Shown: piece by piece, positions 26,051-36,409 of the stretch
How the letters are laid out: every line of letters begins with the position of its first letter
How positions within the stretch are numbered: position 1 is the stretch's first letter
NCBI GenBank assembly: GCA_963729855.1
Contig: CAVSPT010000004.1
Location: 165,206-229,205, forward strand
DNA: 64,000 nt
Direction of reading: 5' to 3'
Source: Candidatus Aminicenantes bacterium
Lineage (GTDB): Bacteria > Acidobacteriota > Aminicenantia > Aminicenantales > UBA4085
The notes under the pieces: generated by a model
Told to the model about the DNA's origin: nothing
The model's database searches: none
The model's input: the letters and a program-made list of their open reading frames with translations, nothing else
Position numbers and translations under genes: made by a program

Positions 26051-27907
26051 ATGAAAGAAATCCGCCTCCTGAAAGCGTCCGGTGCCGCAGCGGCCGCCGC
26101 GATGCTCCTCGTCCTGACCGCCGCCGGGGCCGCCCCCCAGCGCACGGAGAAGCCGATCCTCCACGGCCGCCATTGGGCGGCCATCACCGGAAAGCCCATG
26201 GCCGCCACGGCCGGGGCCATGATGTTCGAGAAAGGCGGCAACGCCGTCGACGCCGCCTGCGCCATGCTCGCGGCCGTCTGCACGATGTGGGACGTCCTGA
26301 GCTGGGGCGGGGAGACCCAGGCGCTCATCTTCAATCCCGAGACGAAAAAAGTGGTGGCCGTCAACGCCCTGGGAGCGGCTCCTTCCGGCGCGACGCCCGA
26401 ATTCTACAAGCGGAAGGGCTACAAGTATCCGCCCGCCACCGGACCGCTTTCGGCGGTGACGCCGGGAACGCCGGGCGGGCTTCTGACCATGCTGGCCGAA
26501 TTCGGGACCCTGAGCCTGAAGGACGTCCTCGGGCCGGCCTTGCAGCTGGCCGAGGGCTATCCCATGGAAAAGGACACCGCCGACCGCATCGAAAAGGACC
26601 GCGCCGCGCTCCGGTCCTGGCCGTCCTCGAGGCTCATCATGCTGCCCCATATCGGAGAGACGCGCGAGGGCCCCGTCCCGGGCGAGATCTTCCGCCAGCC
26701 GGACCTTCGCGCCACGCTAAGGCGCCTGATCGACGCCGAACAGGAGGCCCTGGCCCGGCGACGGCCGCGGGCGGAAGCCATCTACGCCGCCTACGACTTG
26801 TTCTACAAGGGCGCGCTGGCCCGCGACTTTGTCCGGGGCGCCCAGGAGAACGGAGCCCTGATCACGCTCGAGGATCTGGCCCGCTGGCGGGTCTATCTGG
26901 AGGAGCCGGTCCGGACGACATACAAGGGCATCGAGGTCTGCAAGCTCAATTCCTGGGTCCAGGGTCCGGTCATGCTCCAGATGCTCAACATGCTCGAATC
27001 GATCGACCTGAAAGGTCTGGGATTCAACTCGGCGGCCTATATCCATACGCTCTACCAGATCATGAACCTGGCCTTCGCCGACCGCGATTTTTATTACGGC
27101 GATCCCTATTTCCCGCCCGAGGAGCCGATGCGCGGCCTCCTGTCCAAGGAGTACGCCAAGTCCCGTCTGGCGCTCGTTGATCCGTCCCGCAACAATCCGG
27201 CGGTCAAGCCCGGCGACCCCTATCCCTTCCAGGGGCAGAACAACCCTTACCGGCGCTTTCTCGAGCAATGGCCCCCGTCCGATGCGGAAAAATCCGGCCC
27301 CGGCCTCTCGACCGAGAGCTTCTGGACCGGAACGACCTCGATCGAGGCGGCCGACGAGAAGGGCTGGGTCGTATCGGTGACGCCCAGCGGCGGCTGGGTC
27401 CCGGCGGTCATCGCCGGAGGGACGGGCATCGGCCTCAGCCAGCGGGCCCAAAGCTTCGTCCTGGACGAGGCCGACAATCCCTTCAACGTCATCGTCCCCG
27501 GCAAGCGGCCCCGTTCCACGCTGACGCCCGGCCTGGCCCTCAAGGACGGCAGGCCGTTCCTGTCCTTCGCCGTCCAGGGAGGGGATACCCAGGACCAGAA
27601 CCTGCTCCAGTTCTTCCTCGACATCGTCGAATTCGGGATGAATGTGCAGGAGGCCTGCGAAGCGCCCAACATCAACAGCTACCAGATGCGCAACTCCTTC
27701 GACGATCACCGGGCCATTCCCGGCCGGATGGACATCAACGCCCGGACCCCGGCCTCCGTGCTGGATAAGCTCCGGGCCATGGGTTATTCGCTCGACCTCA
27801 AGCCTTACACGTCCGGTCCCATCAACGCCATCTTCTTCGATCACGCCCATAAGACGTTCTGGGGCGGATCGAGCAACTACGGGGACGATTACGGGGTTGT
27901 CTGGTGA
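26051..27907 (+). CDS. ggt: Gamma-glutamyltransferase family protein, secreted
   Basis: 'GGNAVDAA', 'AFADRD', 'GTTSI' Thr nucleophile, 'PGKRPRSTL' and 'GGDTQ'. Confidence 0.88.
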   Translation: MKEIRLLKASGAAAAAAMLLVLTAAGAAPQRTEKPILHGRHWAAITGKPMAATAGAMMFEKGGNAVDAACAMLAAVCTMWDVLSWGGETQALIFNPETKKVVAVNALGAAPSGATPEFYKRKGYKYPPATGPLSAVTPGTPGGLLTMLAEFGTLSLKDVLGPALQLAEGYPMEKDTADRIEKDRAALRSWPSSRLIMLPHIGETREGPVPGEIFRQPDLRATLRRLIDAEQEALARRRPRAEAIYAAYDLFYKGALARDFVRGAQENGALITLEDLARWRVYLEEPVRTTYKGIEVCKLNSWVQGPVMLQMLNMLESIDLKGLGFNSAAYIHTLYQIMNLAFADRDFYYGDPYFPPEEPMRGLLSKEYAKSRLALVDPSRNNPAVKPGDPYPFQGQNNPYRRFLEQWPPSDAEKSGPGLSTESFWTGTTSIEAADEKGWVVSVTPSGGWVPAVIAGGTGIGLSQRAQSFVLDEADNPFNVIVPGKRPRSTLTPGLALKDGRPFLSFAVQGGDTQDQNLLQFFLDIVEFGMNVQEACEAPNINSYQMRNSFDDHRAIPGRMDINARTPASVLDKLRAMGYSLDLKPYTSGPINAIFFDHAHKTFWGGSSNYGDDYGVVW

Positions 27908-27943
27908 TCGACGGCCGCAAGTTTCCCACGTGAGGAGAACTCC

Positions 27944-30622
27944 ATGCGCGCTCTGCGTCTCATCCTTCCGCTTTCTTTGGCCCTGACGCTGGCCGCCGGC
28001 ATCCTCTTCGCGCCGGCCGGCTGCGCCAGGAGGAGCGACGGAAAGGCCGTTTATTGGGACAGCGATGCCCCGCTCGACAAGCGGGTGGACGATCTCGTCG
28101 CCCGGATGTCCCTCGAGGAAAAGACCTCCCAGATGATGAACGCGGCCCCGGCCGTCGAGCGCCTGGGCATCCCCGCTTATAATTGGTGGGGCGAGGCTCT
28201 CCACGGCGTGGCCCGGGCCGGCCTGGCCACGGTCTTTCCTCAGGCCATCGGGCTGGCCGCCACGTGGGACGCCGGCCTCATGGGACGGGTGGCCTCGGCC
28301 ATCTCCGACGAAGCCCGGGCCAAACACCACGAATTCGCCCGGCGGGGGAGACGCGGCCTCTATCAGGGGCTGACGTTCTGGTCGCCCAATATCAACCTCT
28401 TCCGCGATCCGCGCTGGGGACGGGGCATGGAAACGTACGGCGAGGACCCTTTTCTCACCGGCCGCATGGGCGTTTCCTTCATCCGGGGACTACAGGGCGA
28501 CGATCCCAAGTACCTCAAGGTCGTGGCCACGCCCAAGCATTACGCCGTCCACAGCGGTCCCGAGCCGGACCGCCACAGCTTCGAGCCGGAAATCGACGAG
28601 CGCGATTTCCGGGAATCCTATCTGCCCCATTTCCAGGCCTGCATCGAGGAGGCCAAGGCCTTCTCCATCATGTGCGCTTACAACAGCTTCGGGGGTTTTC
28701 CCTGCTGCGGCAACCCGCGGCTCCTGCTGGACATCCTGCGCAAGGAGTGGGGGTTCGGCGGATATGTCGTCTCGGACTGCGGCGCGGTCGACGACATCAA
28801 GAACGGGCACAAGAAAGCCGCCACGACGCCCGAGGCCGCGGCCATGGCCGTCAAGGCCGGTTGCGATCTCGACTGCGGGAACGAATACCAAAGCCTGCTG
28901 GAAGCCGTCCGGCAAGGCCTTCTGACCGAGAAGCAGATCGACGTTTCCGTGCGCCGACTGTTCCGAGCCCGCTTCAAGCTGGGCCAATTCGATCCCCCGG
29001 AATCCGTGTCCTATGCCCGGATCCCCTATTCCGTGGTCGACTGCGACGCCCACCGCCTTCTGGCCCTGGAAGCGGCGCGCAAATCGATCGTGCTTCTCAA
29101 GAACGAGAAATCCGTCCTTCCGCTGGCCAAGGACATCAAGACCATCGCCGTGATCGGGCCGAACGCCGCCGACCCGAGCGTCCTGCTGGGCAATTACAAC
29201 GGGACGCCGTCGGCGTCCGTGACGCCGCTCCAGGGAATCATGGACAAGGTCGTTCCGGGCACGAAAGTCCTCTACGCCCTGGGATGTCCGCCGGCCGCCG
29301 GTCTGCCGGCCTTGGAAGTCGTCCCCTCCACCGTGCTGATGGTCATGAACGGGAGCCGACGGGAAAACGGACTGCGCGGCGAGTATTACGGGCGGGACGA
29401 GTTCAAGGGCGAGCCGGCCTTCGTCCGCATCGACAAGAAGATCGACTTCCAGTGGCCGGATTCATCCCCCCACGAAAGCTTCGCGCCGGACGATTACGCC
29501 GTCCGTTGGACGGGCATGATCGTTCCTCCGGCCGACGGCGATTATGCCATCGGCGGCGAGGGGTTCAACGCCTTTAAGATCTATCTCGAGGACAAGCTGC
29601 TCGTCGAATTCGACGGGAACCATCAACCCGGCCGGCTGTCCAGGAACGTTCCCCTGCGTGGCGGCGTGCCCTATCAAATCCGCGTGGAAATGGCCGCCCG
29701 CACGACGAACGGCATGATGCATCTGCTGTGGAGCCCTCCGGCCGCGGGCCTGAAGCGCGAGGCGCTGGACAAGGCCTCCCGGTCCGACGCCGTCATTCTC
29801 TGCCTCGGCCTCACGCCGCAGCTCGAGGGCGAGGAGATGGACGTCCCGGTGGAAGGGTTCCGGGGCGGCGACCGGCTGACGCTCGACCTGCCCCGCGTGC
29901 AGGAGGACCTGATCGAAGCCGTGGCCGCTCTGGGCAAGCCGACCATCCTCGTGCTGCTGAATGGAAGCGCGCTGGCCGTGAATTGGGCGGCGGAGCACCT
30001 GCCGGCCATCCTCGAGGCCTGGTATCCCGGTCAGGCGGCCGGCGACGCGCTCGCCGACGTGCTTTTCGGAGACTACAATCCAGCCGGCCGGTTGCCCGTC
30101 ACTTTCTATACCTCGGCCGACGAACTGCCGCCCTTCAAGGATTACAGGATGCAGGGAAGGACCTACCGGTATTATAAGGGCCGGCCGCTCTTCCCCTTCG
30201 GATTCGGTCTGAGCTATACGCGGTTCGAGTATTCCAACCTGACCCTGCCGCGGACGGTCGACCCCGGCAAAGATTTCGAGGTGCGCGTGGACGTCCGCAA
30301 TTCCGGAGGAAGGGCGGGGGAGGAAGTCGTCCAGCTTTATATCGCCCACGAGGGAGCGTCCGTCCCCGTCCCCCTGCGTTCGCTCCAGGGTTTCAAGCGG
30401 ATCATGCTCAATCCCGGCGAGTCGCAGACCGTGGTCTTCTCCGTCCAGCCGGGCCAATTGTCCGTCCTGGACAAGGACTTCAAGAGGGTGGTCGAGCCCG
30501 GACGGATCGAGATCGCCGTCGGGGGGGGCCAGCCGGGAGCCGCGGACCGTTTTACGGCGCCGGCGGGAGCGGTGCTGACCGGTACGATCCGGGTCGGCTC
30601 GCCCGCAGGGCGGACGACGTGA
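27944..30622 (+). CDS. GH3 beta-glucosidase/beta-xylosidase with PA14 insert
   Basis: 'EALHG', 'RDPRWGRGMETYGED', 'KHYAVH', 'VSDCGA', 'WYPGQ' and a C-terminal Fn3-like domain. Confidence 0.92.
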   Translation: MRALRLILPLSLALTLAAGILFAPAGCARRSDGKAVYWDSDAPLDKRVDDLVARMSLEEKTSQMMNAAPAVERLGIPAYNWWGEALHGVARAGLATVFPQAIGLAATWDAGLMGRVASAISDEARAKHHEFARRGRRGLYQGLTFWSPNINLFRDPRWGRGMETYGEDPFLTGRMGVSFIRGLQGDDPKYLKVVATPKHYAVHSGPEPDRHSFEPEIDERDFRESYLPHFQACIEEAKAFSIMCAYNSFGGFPCCGNPRLLLDILRKEWGFGGYVVSDCGAVDDIKNGHKKAATTPEAAAMAVKAGCDLDCGNEYQSLLEAVRQGLLTEKQIDVSVRRLFRARFKLGQFDPPESVSYARIPYSVVDCDAHRLLALEAARKSIVLLKNEKSVLPLAKDIKTIAVIGPNAADPSVLLGNYNGTPSASVTPLQGIMDKVVPGTKVLYALGCPPAAGLPALEVVPSTVLMVMNGSRRENGLRGEYYGRDEFKGEPAFVRIDKKIDFQWPDSSPHESFAPDDYAVRWTGMIVPPADGDYAIGGEGFNAFKIYLEDKLLVEFDGNHQPGRLSRNVPLRGGVPYQIRVEMAARTTNGMMHLLWSPPAAGLKREALDKASRSDAVILCLGLTPQLEGEEMDVPVEGFRGGDRLTLDLPRVQEDLIEAVAALGKPTILVLLNGSALAVNWAAEHLPAILEAWYPGQAAGDALADVLFGDYNPAGRLPVTFYTSADELPPFKDYRMQGRTYRYYKGRPLFPFGFGLSYTRFEYSNLTLPRTVDPGKDFEVRVDVRNSGGRAGEEVVQLYIAHEGASVPVPLRSLQGFKRIMLNPGESQTVVFSVQPGQLSVLDKDFKRVVEPGRIEIAVGGGQPGAADRFTAPAGAVLTGTIRVGSPAGRTT

Positions 30623-30768
30623 AACAAAGGATCGCATCCGAGCGTTATCTAATCGGGTGTCCCCTCGGGAGGACGGAGGGACGTTCTCGGGCCGACCCGC
30701 CCAGGAGAAGAGATCTGGCACATTTCTTGATGTTCATCCGGAGATGCGCAAGATATTCAAACCCATAA

Positions 30769-30797
30769 TTGACAAATCCTATAGGAATTAATAATTA
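30769..30797 (+). promoter_or_regulatory. Sigma70-type promoter with an internal palindrome
   Basis: TTGACA at 30769-30774, an AT-rich -10 region, and a TCCTATAGGA palindrome at 30777-30786. Confidence 0.5.
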
Positions 30798-30845
30798 TAG
30801 ACGTGCGGCGGAACGGCCCCGAGGCGCCCGCCGAGGAGGAGTGCA

Positions 30846-33800
30846 ATGCGTTTTCCCAGACGAAAAGCTCCGTGGACCCGCTTCATTCTGAGCATCCTCC
30901 TGGCTGCGGCGGGGACAAGCGTCTGCCTGAAACCGGCCCTCGGCCAGTATTTCGGCCGGAACAAGGTCCAGTGGGAGAAATTCGACTACCGGGTTCTCAA
31001 GACCGAGCATTTCGACATCTATTTTTATCCCGAGGAAGAACAGGCCATCCGAGTCGCCGCCCAGATGGCCGAGCGGTGGTACAAGCGCCATGCCCGCCTG
31101 TTCAACCATGAACTGCGCGGCCGGCAGCCGCTCATCATGTACGCCAGCCACCCTCAGTTCGAGCAGACGACCGTCCTCAACGAAGTGATGAGCGAGGGGA
31201 CGGGCGGCGTCACCGAATCGGGCAAGCGCCGCATCATCCTGCCCTTCGGCGCGACGCTCGAGGACACGGACCACGTCATCGGGCACGAGCTGGTCCACGC
31301 CTTCCAGTATGACATCGCTTCCGGCCCCGGGACGAAATACGCCCAGCCGGGGGGAGGACAGGGCGGCGGCCTGGAGCGAGCCCCGATGTGGATGATCGAA
31401 GGTTCGGCCGAGTATCTGTCCCTCGGGCCGATCGACGCTTTGACCGCCATGTGGATGCGGGATTTGCTGCACAAAAAAAAGCTGCCCACGATCAAGGACC
31501 TCCAGAACCCTTATCGATACTTCCCTTACCGATACGGCCAGGCCGTCTGGGCCTACATCGGCGGCCGCTACGGCGATCTGGCCGTGGCCAAGCTGCTCAA
31601 GGACGTCGTCCGCGGATTCGATTACGAGAAGGCCATCGTGGCCGACCTCGGAGTGGACATCAAGAAGCTGTCCGAGGACTGGCACGCCTCCCTGAAGAAG
31701 GACTATGGGCCCATCGAGAAGGCCACGGAGATGCCCACGTCCCTGGGCAAGGTCCTGCTGCCGGGATCGGAGGAGGATCCCTACAACATCGCCCCGTCGC
31801 TGAGCCCCGACGGAAAGCGCTTCATGTTCATCTCCTCGCGCGACCTCTACTCCATCGACATGTTCATCGGCGACGCCAAGACGGGGAAGATCACCCGCCG
31901 GATCACCAGCACGGCCGTCGATCCCCATTTCCAGAGCATTGAATTCATCAATTCGTCCGGCTCCTGGAACGCCGCCGGCGACCGTTTTGTCTTCGGAGCG
32001 GTGACCCAAGGCAAGCCCATGCTGACCTTCCTCGACCAGGAGGGACGCCCCGTCGGCGAAGAGATCCGCTTCCCGAACCTGGGCGAGATCCTCAACCCGT
32101 CCTGGTCGCCCGACGGGCGGCGGATCGTCTTCTCGGCCCTGGCCGGGGGAACTTCCGATATCTATATCTACGACCTGACGGCCAAGACCCTGAAGAACAT
32201 GACCTCGGACATTTATGGCGACATCCAGCCGGCCTGGTCGCCCGACGGAAAATGGATCGCCTTCGCCACGGAGCGGTTCACGACCCAGATGTCCATCCTG
32301 AACGTGGGCAATTATCAGCTGGCCCTGCTCAACCCGGACACCGGTGAAATCAAGCCGGTTCCGGGGTTCAAAGGGGCCAAGCACATCAATCCCCAATGGT
32401 CGGCCGATTCGAAGAGCCTTTACTTCGTTTCCGACCGGAACGGGATCTCCAACCTGTACCGTCTGGATATGGCCTCGAGCCGCCTCTTCCAGGTGACCGA
32501 TCTTTACACCGGCGTCTGCGGGATCACCGGCCTGAGCCCGGCCCTGTCGATCGCCTCCAAGTCCAATGACGTCCTCTACTGCGCCTACGACCAGGGCAGC
32601 TACAGCATCTACGGACTGGACGCCAAGTTCCTGGCGGGCAAGCCCGTCCTGGAGGGCGATCCCGCCTTCTACGCGGCCGTCCTCCCGCCCAAGGACCGCT
32701 CCGGCTCCGAGGTCCTCGGCCTGCTGAAAAACAGCCTGTTCGGCCTGCCCGACGCTTCGAAATTCTCGAGCGAGCCCTACAAGGCCAAGCTGAGCTTGGA
32801 TTATTTCGCGCCGCCCTCCATCGGCGTCGGCGTCGACCGCTTCGGCACATACGCCGCCGGCGGCGTGGCCGCCTTCTTCAGCGACATGCTGGGATACTAC
32901 AACGTGATGGCCATGGCCCAGGTCAACGGCCAACTGGTCGATTCGGCCGTCCAGGTCGCCTACTACAATTCGGCCAACCGGCTGAACTGGGGGGTCTCCC
33001 TCCAGCGCATCCCCTACATCTACGGCGGGTACAGCATGGGAGAGGCCGTCGTCGGGAACGAGCTGCTCTATCTCGACCAGGAATACATCTACCGCCAGAT
33101 CTACTACGACGCCAGCGCCTTCGCCTCCTACCCGTTCAGCCAGTTCCAGCGGGTCGAAGTCACGGCCGGATACACGTATCTCGACTTCCAAAACACCGTC
33201 TATACCACGGCCACCTCGGCCGCCGACGGTTCCTTTGTCTACAACGACAGTGAGGACCTTCCCGCTCCGGCCGGCATCCAGATGCCCCACGTGGGCGCGG
33301 CCCTGGTCTATGACAGCTCGCTGTTCGGGGCCACGGGGCCGATCCTCGGTCAGAGCTACCGCTTCGAAGTCACCCCGACGTTCGGGACGCTCGACTTCAC
33401 GACACTCCTGGCAGATTACCGCAAATACATCGTTCCCGTCCGTCCCTTCACCCTGGCTTTTCGCGTGACGACCTACGGGCGCTACGGCTCGGGGGCCGAC
33501 GATCCGCGGTTCTACCCGCTTTACATCGGCTACGATTCGCTGATCCGCGGCTACAACTACGAATCGTTTTCCGCGACGGAGAAATTTGATATCAACCGCC
33601 TCTTCGGCTCCAAGATGGCCTTGGCCAATGTCGAGCTGCGCTTCCCGCTCTTCGGATTGCTGGGCCTTGGCAAGGGCTACTACGGCTTCTTCCCCGTGGA
33701 TTTCATCGCCTTTTACGACGCCGGCTGCGTCTGGGGCGCGGACCTTGACGGGAAGATGCACTCCTTCAGCGAAGCGGTCCGCAATCCGCTGACCAGCGCC

Positions 33801-33920
33801 GGCGTCGGCCTGCGGGTCAACGTCTTCGGCTACATGGTCCTGGGCGCCAACTATGTCGTGCCGTTCGCCCGGCCCGACGTCAAGCCCTACGTCCAGTTCA
33901 GCTTCTACCCGGGATTCTGA
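30846..33920 (+). CDS. Omp85/BamA-type barrel fused to an N-terminal zincin (peptidase MA-like) domain and a TolB-like PD40 propeller
   Basis: 'HELVH...EGSAE' gluzincin motif, repeated 'PxWSPDG', 'IRGY', 'ANVELRFP', 'FYDAG' and a terminal Phe. Confidence 0.82.
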   Translation: MRFPRRKAPWTRFILSILLAAAGTSVCLKPALGQYFGRNKVQWEKFDYRVLKTEHFDIYFYPEEEQAIRVAAQMAERWYKRHARLFNHELRGRQPLIMYASHPQFEQTTVLNEVMSEGTGGVTESGKRRIILPFGATLEDTDHVIGHELVHAFQYDIASGPGTKYAQPGGGQGGGLERAPMWMIEGSAEYLSLGPIDALTAMWMRDLLHKKKLPTIKDLQNPYRYFPYRYGQAVWAYIGGRYGDLAVAKLLKDVVRGFDYEKAIVADLGVDIKKLSEDWHASLKKDYGPIEKATEMPTSLGKVLLPGSEEDPYNIAPSLSPDGKRFMFISSRDLYSIDMFIGDAKTGKITRRITSTAVDPHFQSIEFINSSGSWNAAGDRFVFGAVTQGKPMLTFLDQEGRPVGEEIRFPNLGEILNPSWSPDGRRIVFSALAGGTSDIYIYDLTAKTLKNMTSDIYGDIQPAWSPDGKWIAFATERFTTQMSILNVGNYQLALLNPDTGEIKPVPGFKGAKHINPQWSADSKSLYFVSDRNGISNLYRLDMASSRLFQVTDLYTGVCGITGLSPALSIASKSNDVLYCAYDQGSYSIYGLDAKFLAGKPVLEGDPAFYAAVLPPKDRSGSEVLGLLKNSLFGLPDASKFSSEPYKAKLSLDYFAPPSIGVGVDRFGTYAAGGVAAFFSDMLGYYNVMAMAQVNGQLVDSAVQVAYYNSANRLNWGVSLQRIPYIYGGYSMGEAVVGNELLYLDQEYIYRQIYYDASAFASYPFSQFQRVEVTAGYTYLDFQNTVYTTATSAADGSFVYNDSEDLPAPAGIQMPHVGAALVYDSSLFGATGPILGQSYRFEVTPTFGTLDFTTLLADYRKYIVPVRPFTLAFRVTTYGRYGSGADDPRFYPLYIGYDSLIRGYNYESFSATEKFDINRLFGSKMALANVELRFPLFGLLGLGKGYYGFFPVDFIAFYDAGCVWGADLDGKMHSFSEAVRNPLTSAGVGLRVNVFGYMVLGANYVVPFARPDVKPYVQFSFYPGF

Positions 33921-33938
33921 GCCCCGCGCCCGCGGTCC

Positions 33939-33990
33939 CAAGTCCCCCTGTCCGGCCCCATGGGCCGGGCGGGAGGGGCTTGAGGTTTTT
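33939..33990 (+). terminator. Intrinsic terminator candidate
   Basis: Long GC stem (CAAGTCCC..CCGGCCC/GGGCCGG..GGGCTTG) followed by a T-run. Confidence 0.5.
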
Positions 33991-34034
33991 CCAGCCGAAA
34001 GCGTAGAATGGTTATTCTTCGCGGAGGATTTTCC

Positions 34035-35138
34035 ATGATCAGAAAAGCCGCCCTGGCTCTCGTCGTTCTGGCCCCGGCGTTCGGCCTGGCCCAGGCTCCG
34101 ACCAAGGTCCCGGAGCCGAAGACGCCTTACGACCCGCGGACGTATATCTGCTACCGGGCCGCCGCGCCCGTCGTCGTCGACGGCAATGTCGATGAGGCCG
34201 TTTGGGACAAGGCGCCCTGGTCGGACGCTTTCCTGGACATCGAAGGGAGCGGCCGGCCCAAGCCGCGCTTCCGGACCATGGTCAAGATGCTCTGGGACGA
34301 CGATTATTTCTACGTCGCCGGCTACCTGGAAGAGCCGGATATCTGGGCCACGCTGACCCGGCGGGATTCGATCATCTTCCTGGACAACGACTTCGAGGTG
34401 TTCATCGACCCCGACGGCGACACCCATAATTACTACGAATTGGAGATGAACGCCCTGAATACGGTCTGGGACCTTTTCCTGGTCAAGCCCTACCGCGACG
34501 GCGGGCCGGCCATGACCGCCTGGGACATCAAGGGCCTGAAGACGGCCGTCAAGATCAACGGCACCCTCAACGATCCCCGCGACAAGGACAAGGGCTGGTT
34601 CGTCGAGATCGCCCTGCCTTGGGACGTCCTCAAAGAAGCCGCCGTTCCCAAGGCCGCCCCCAGGGCCGGCGACCGGTGGCGGGTGAATTTCTCGCGCGTG
34701 GAATACCGCATGGACATCAAGGACGGCCAATACGTCAAGACGGCGGGACCGGACGGCAAGCCTCTGGCCGAGGACAACTGGGTCTGGTCGCCGACCGGTT
34801 TGATCAACATCCATTATCCGGAGATGTGGGGTTTCGTCCAGTTCTCCGGCCGGATCGCCGGCCAGGGCCGCGACTCTTTCCAGGAAAAGCCCGAGGACGA
34901 CGTCAAGTGGGCGCTGCGCCGCATTTATTATAAGGAATGGGCGCTCAAGGCGGCCAAAGGCGCGTTTTCCGCCGATTGGAGGGCCCTCGGACTGAAGGAG
35001 AAAGATCTCAAAGTCAAAGACTTCATGTTCCCGCCCGTCATCCAAACGACCGAGACGCTTTTCGAAGCCGTCTATAAAGGAAAGGACGGCGGCGTTTGGC
35101 GGATCACCCAGGACGGCCGGGTGTTCAAGGATTCCTGA
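34035..35138 (+). CDS. Secreted CBM9-like/DOMON carbohydrate-binding protein
   Basis: 'VDGNVDEAVW', 'DNDFEVFIDP', 'YYELEMNALNTVWDL', 'WRVNFSRV' and 'NWVWSP'. Confidence 0.82.
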   Translation: MIRKAALALVVLAPAFGLAQAPTKVPEPKTPYDPRTYICYRAAAPVVVDGNVDEAVWDKAPWSDAFLDIEGSGRPKPRFRTMVKMLWDDDYFYVAGYLEEPDIWATLTRRDSIIFLDNDFEVFIDPDGDTHNYYELEMNALNTVWDLFLVKPYRDGGPAMTAWDIKGLKTAVKINGTLNDPRDKDKGWFVEIALPWDVLKEAAVPKAAPRAGDRWRVNFSRVEYRMDIKDGQYVKTAGPDGKPLAEDNWVWSPTGLINIHYPEMWGFVQFSGRIAGQGRDSFQEKPEDDVKWALRRIYYKEWALKAAKGAFSADWRALGLKEKDLKVKDFMFPPVIQTTETLFEAVYKGKDGGVWRITQDGRVFKDS

Positions 35139-35142
35139 GGCC

Positions 35143-36312
35143 ATGAGCTTCGATTTCGACGCTTTGCTCGACCGGCGCGGAACCGGATCGATGAAATGGG
35201 ACGCCGCGCCCCGGATCTACGGCATCGACGACGTCATCCCCTTGTGGGTGGCGGACATGGACATCGCCGCGCCGCCGGCGGTCGTGGACGCCTTGAGACA
35301 ACGGGCCGAACATCCGATCTACGGATACCCGATGCTGTCTCCGTCCTATTGGGACCCGGTCGTCCGTTGGCTGGACGTTCGTCAAGGCTGGACCGTTCGG
35401 CGCGAATGGATCGCCGCCTGCCCCGGCGTCGTGCCCGCGCTCAACCTGTGCGTCCAGGCCTTCAGCCGGCCGGGCGACAAAGTCGTCATCCAGACGCCGG
35501 TCTATCATCCGTTCTATTCCGCCGTGGAGAACAACGGACGCCGGCTCGTTGAACACCCGCTCCGCTTCGAGGACGGACGCTGGACGATGGACCTCGACGA
35601 CCTGGCCCGGCGGATCGATGACCGGACCCGGATGGTGGTGCTGTGCAGCCCCCATAATCCCGTCGGCCGCGTCTGGACGGCCGCCGAGCTCGATGCGTTC
35701 GGGCGGCTGGCCACGGACCGGGGCTTGGTGATCATTGCCGATGAAATCCATTCCGACCTGGTCTTCGACGGCCGCCGCCATACGCCTCTGGCCTCGCTCG
35801 ACGACGGCCTGGCCGCCCGGACGGTGACCCTGCAGGCGCCCAGCAAAACCTTCAACACGGCCGGCCTGACCTCGGCCTTCGCCGTCATTTCCGATCCCGG
35901 ATTGCGGCTCCGGTTCGACGCCCAGCTCGATTGCGCCGGCCTGTCCATCGGCAACGTCTTCGGCCAGGCCGCCCTGCGGGCGGCTTATGCCGAGGGCGGC
36001 CCCTGGCTCGACGGCCTGCGCGCCTACTTGGAGGGCAATTTCGATTTCGCCGACACGTATTTCCGGGAGCGCCTGCCCGGCCTGCGTTTTCTGCGGCCCG
36101 AAGGGACCTACCTGGCCCTGGTCGACGCCCGCGGCCTGGGCCTGGAGCCGCCGGCGTTGTTCAAGTTTTTTTTGGAAAAAGCCCGCGTCCATGTGGACGA
36201 CGGGACAAAGTTCGGCCCCGCTCTCGCGGGGTTCCTGCGGATGAACATGGCCTCGCCGCGCGCGCTCCTGGCCCAGGCCTTCGAACGCATCAGGCGGGCC
36301 CTCCAATCCTGA
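35143..36312 (+). CDS. PLP-dependent C-S lyase, PatB/MalY family
   Basis: 'KWD', 'LWVADMD', 'CSPHNPVGRVW', 'DEIH', 'APSKTFN' and 'EGTYL'. Confidence 0.9.
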   Translation: MSFDFDALLDRRGTGSMKWDAAPRIYGIDDVIPLWVADMDIAAPPAVVDALRQRAEHPIYGYPMLSPSYWDPVVRWLDVRQGWTVRREWIAACPGVVPALNLCVQAFSRPGDKVVIQTPVYHPFYSAVENNGRRLVEHPLRFEDGRWTMDLDDLARRIDDRTRMVVLCSPHNPVGRVWTAAELDAFGRLATDRGLVIIADEIHSDLVFDGRRHTPLASLDDGLAARTVTLQAPSKTFNTAGLTSAFAVISDPGLRLRFDAQLDCAGLSIGNVFGQAALRAAYAEGGPWLDGLRAYLEGNFDFADTYFRERLPGLRFLRPEGTYLALVDARGLGLEPPALFKFFLEKARVHVDDGTKFGPALAGFLRMNMASPRALLAQAFERIRRALQS

Positions 36313-36330
36313 GGGGGGACCCTTCCGAAA

Positions 36331-36359
36331 TTGACTTCACCGGGAGCGCTGTGTTAAAT
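36331..36359 (+). promoter_or_regulatory. Sigma70-type promoter for the USP gene
   Basis: TTGACT-N17-TTAAAT, followed by a CACCCCGGTC/GATCGGGGTG hairpin before the RBS. Confidence 0.45.
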
Positions 36360-36409
36360 AAGGAAACTGCCACCCCGGTCCTGATCGGGGTGATGGAAAG
36401 GAAGAACCG

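Noticed and set aside
31790-32410. Recurring TGGTCGCCCGACGG-like motifs, also in 54421-55700
   Set aside because: These are codons for PD40 'WSPDG' protein repeats, not a CRISPR or DNA repeat array.
30795-35144. 1449-aa minus-strand ORF and other long antisense ORFs (e.g. 3731-6088, 8709-10631, 48210-50153, 740-2017)
   Set aside because: They lie opposite well-supported genes, have no recognisable motifs, and are the expected stop-free shadows of high-GC3 coding strands.
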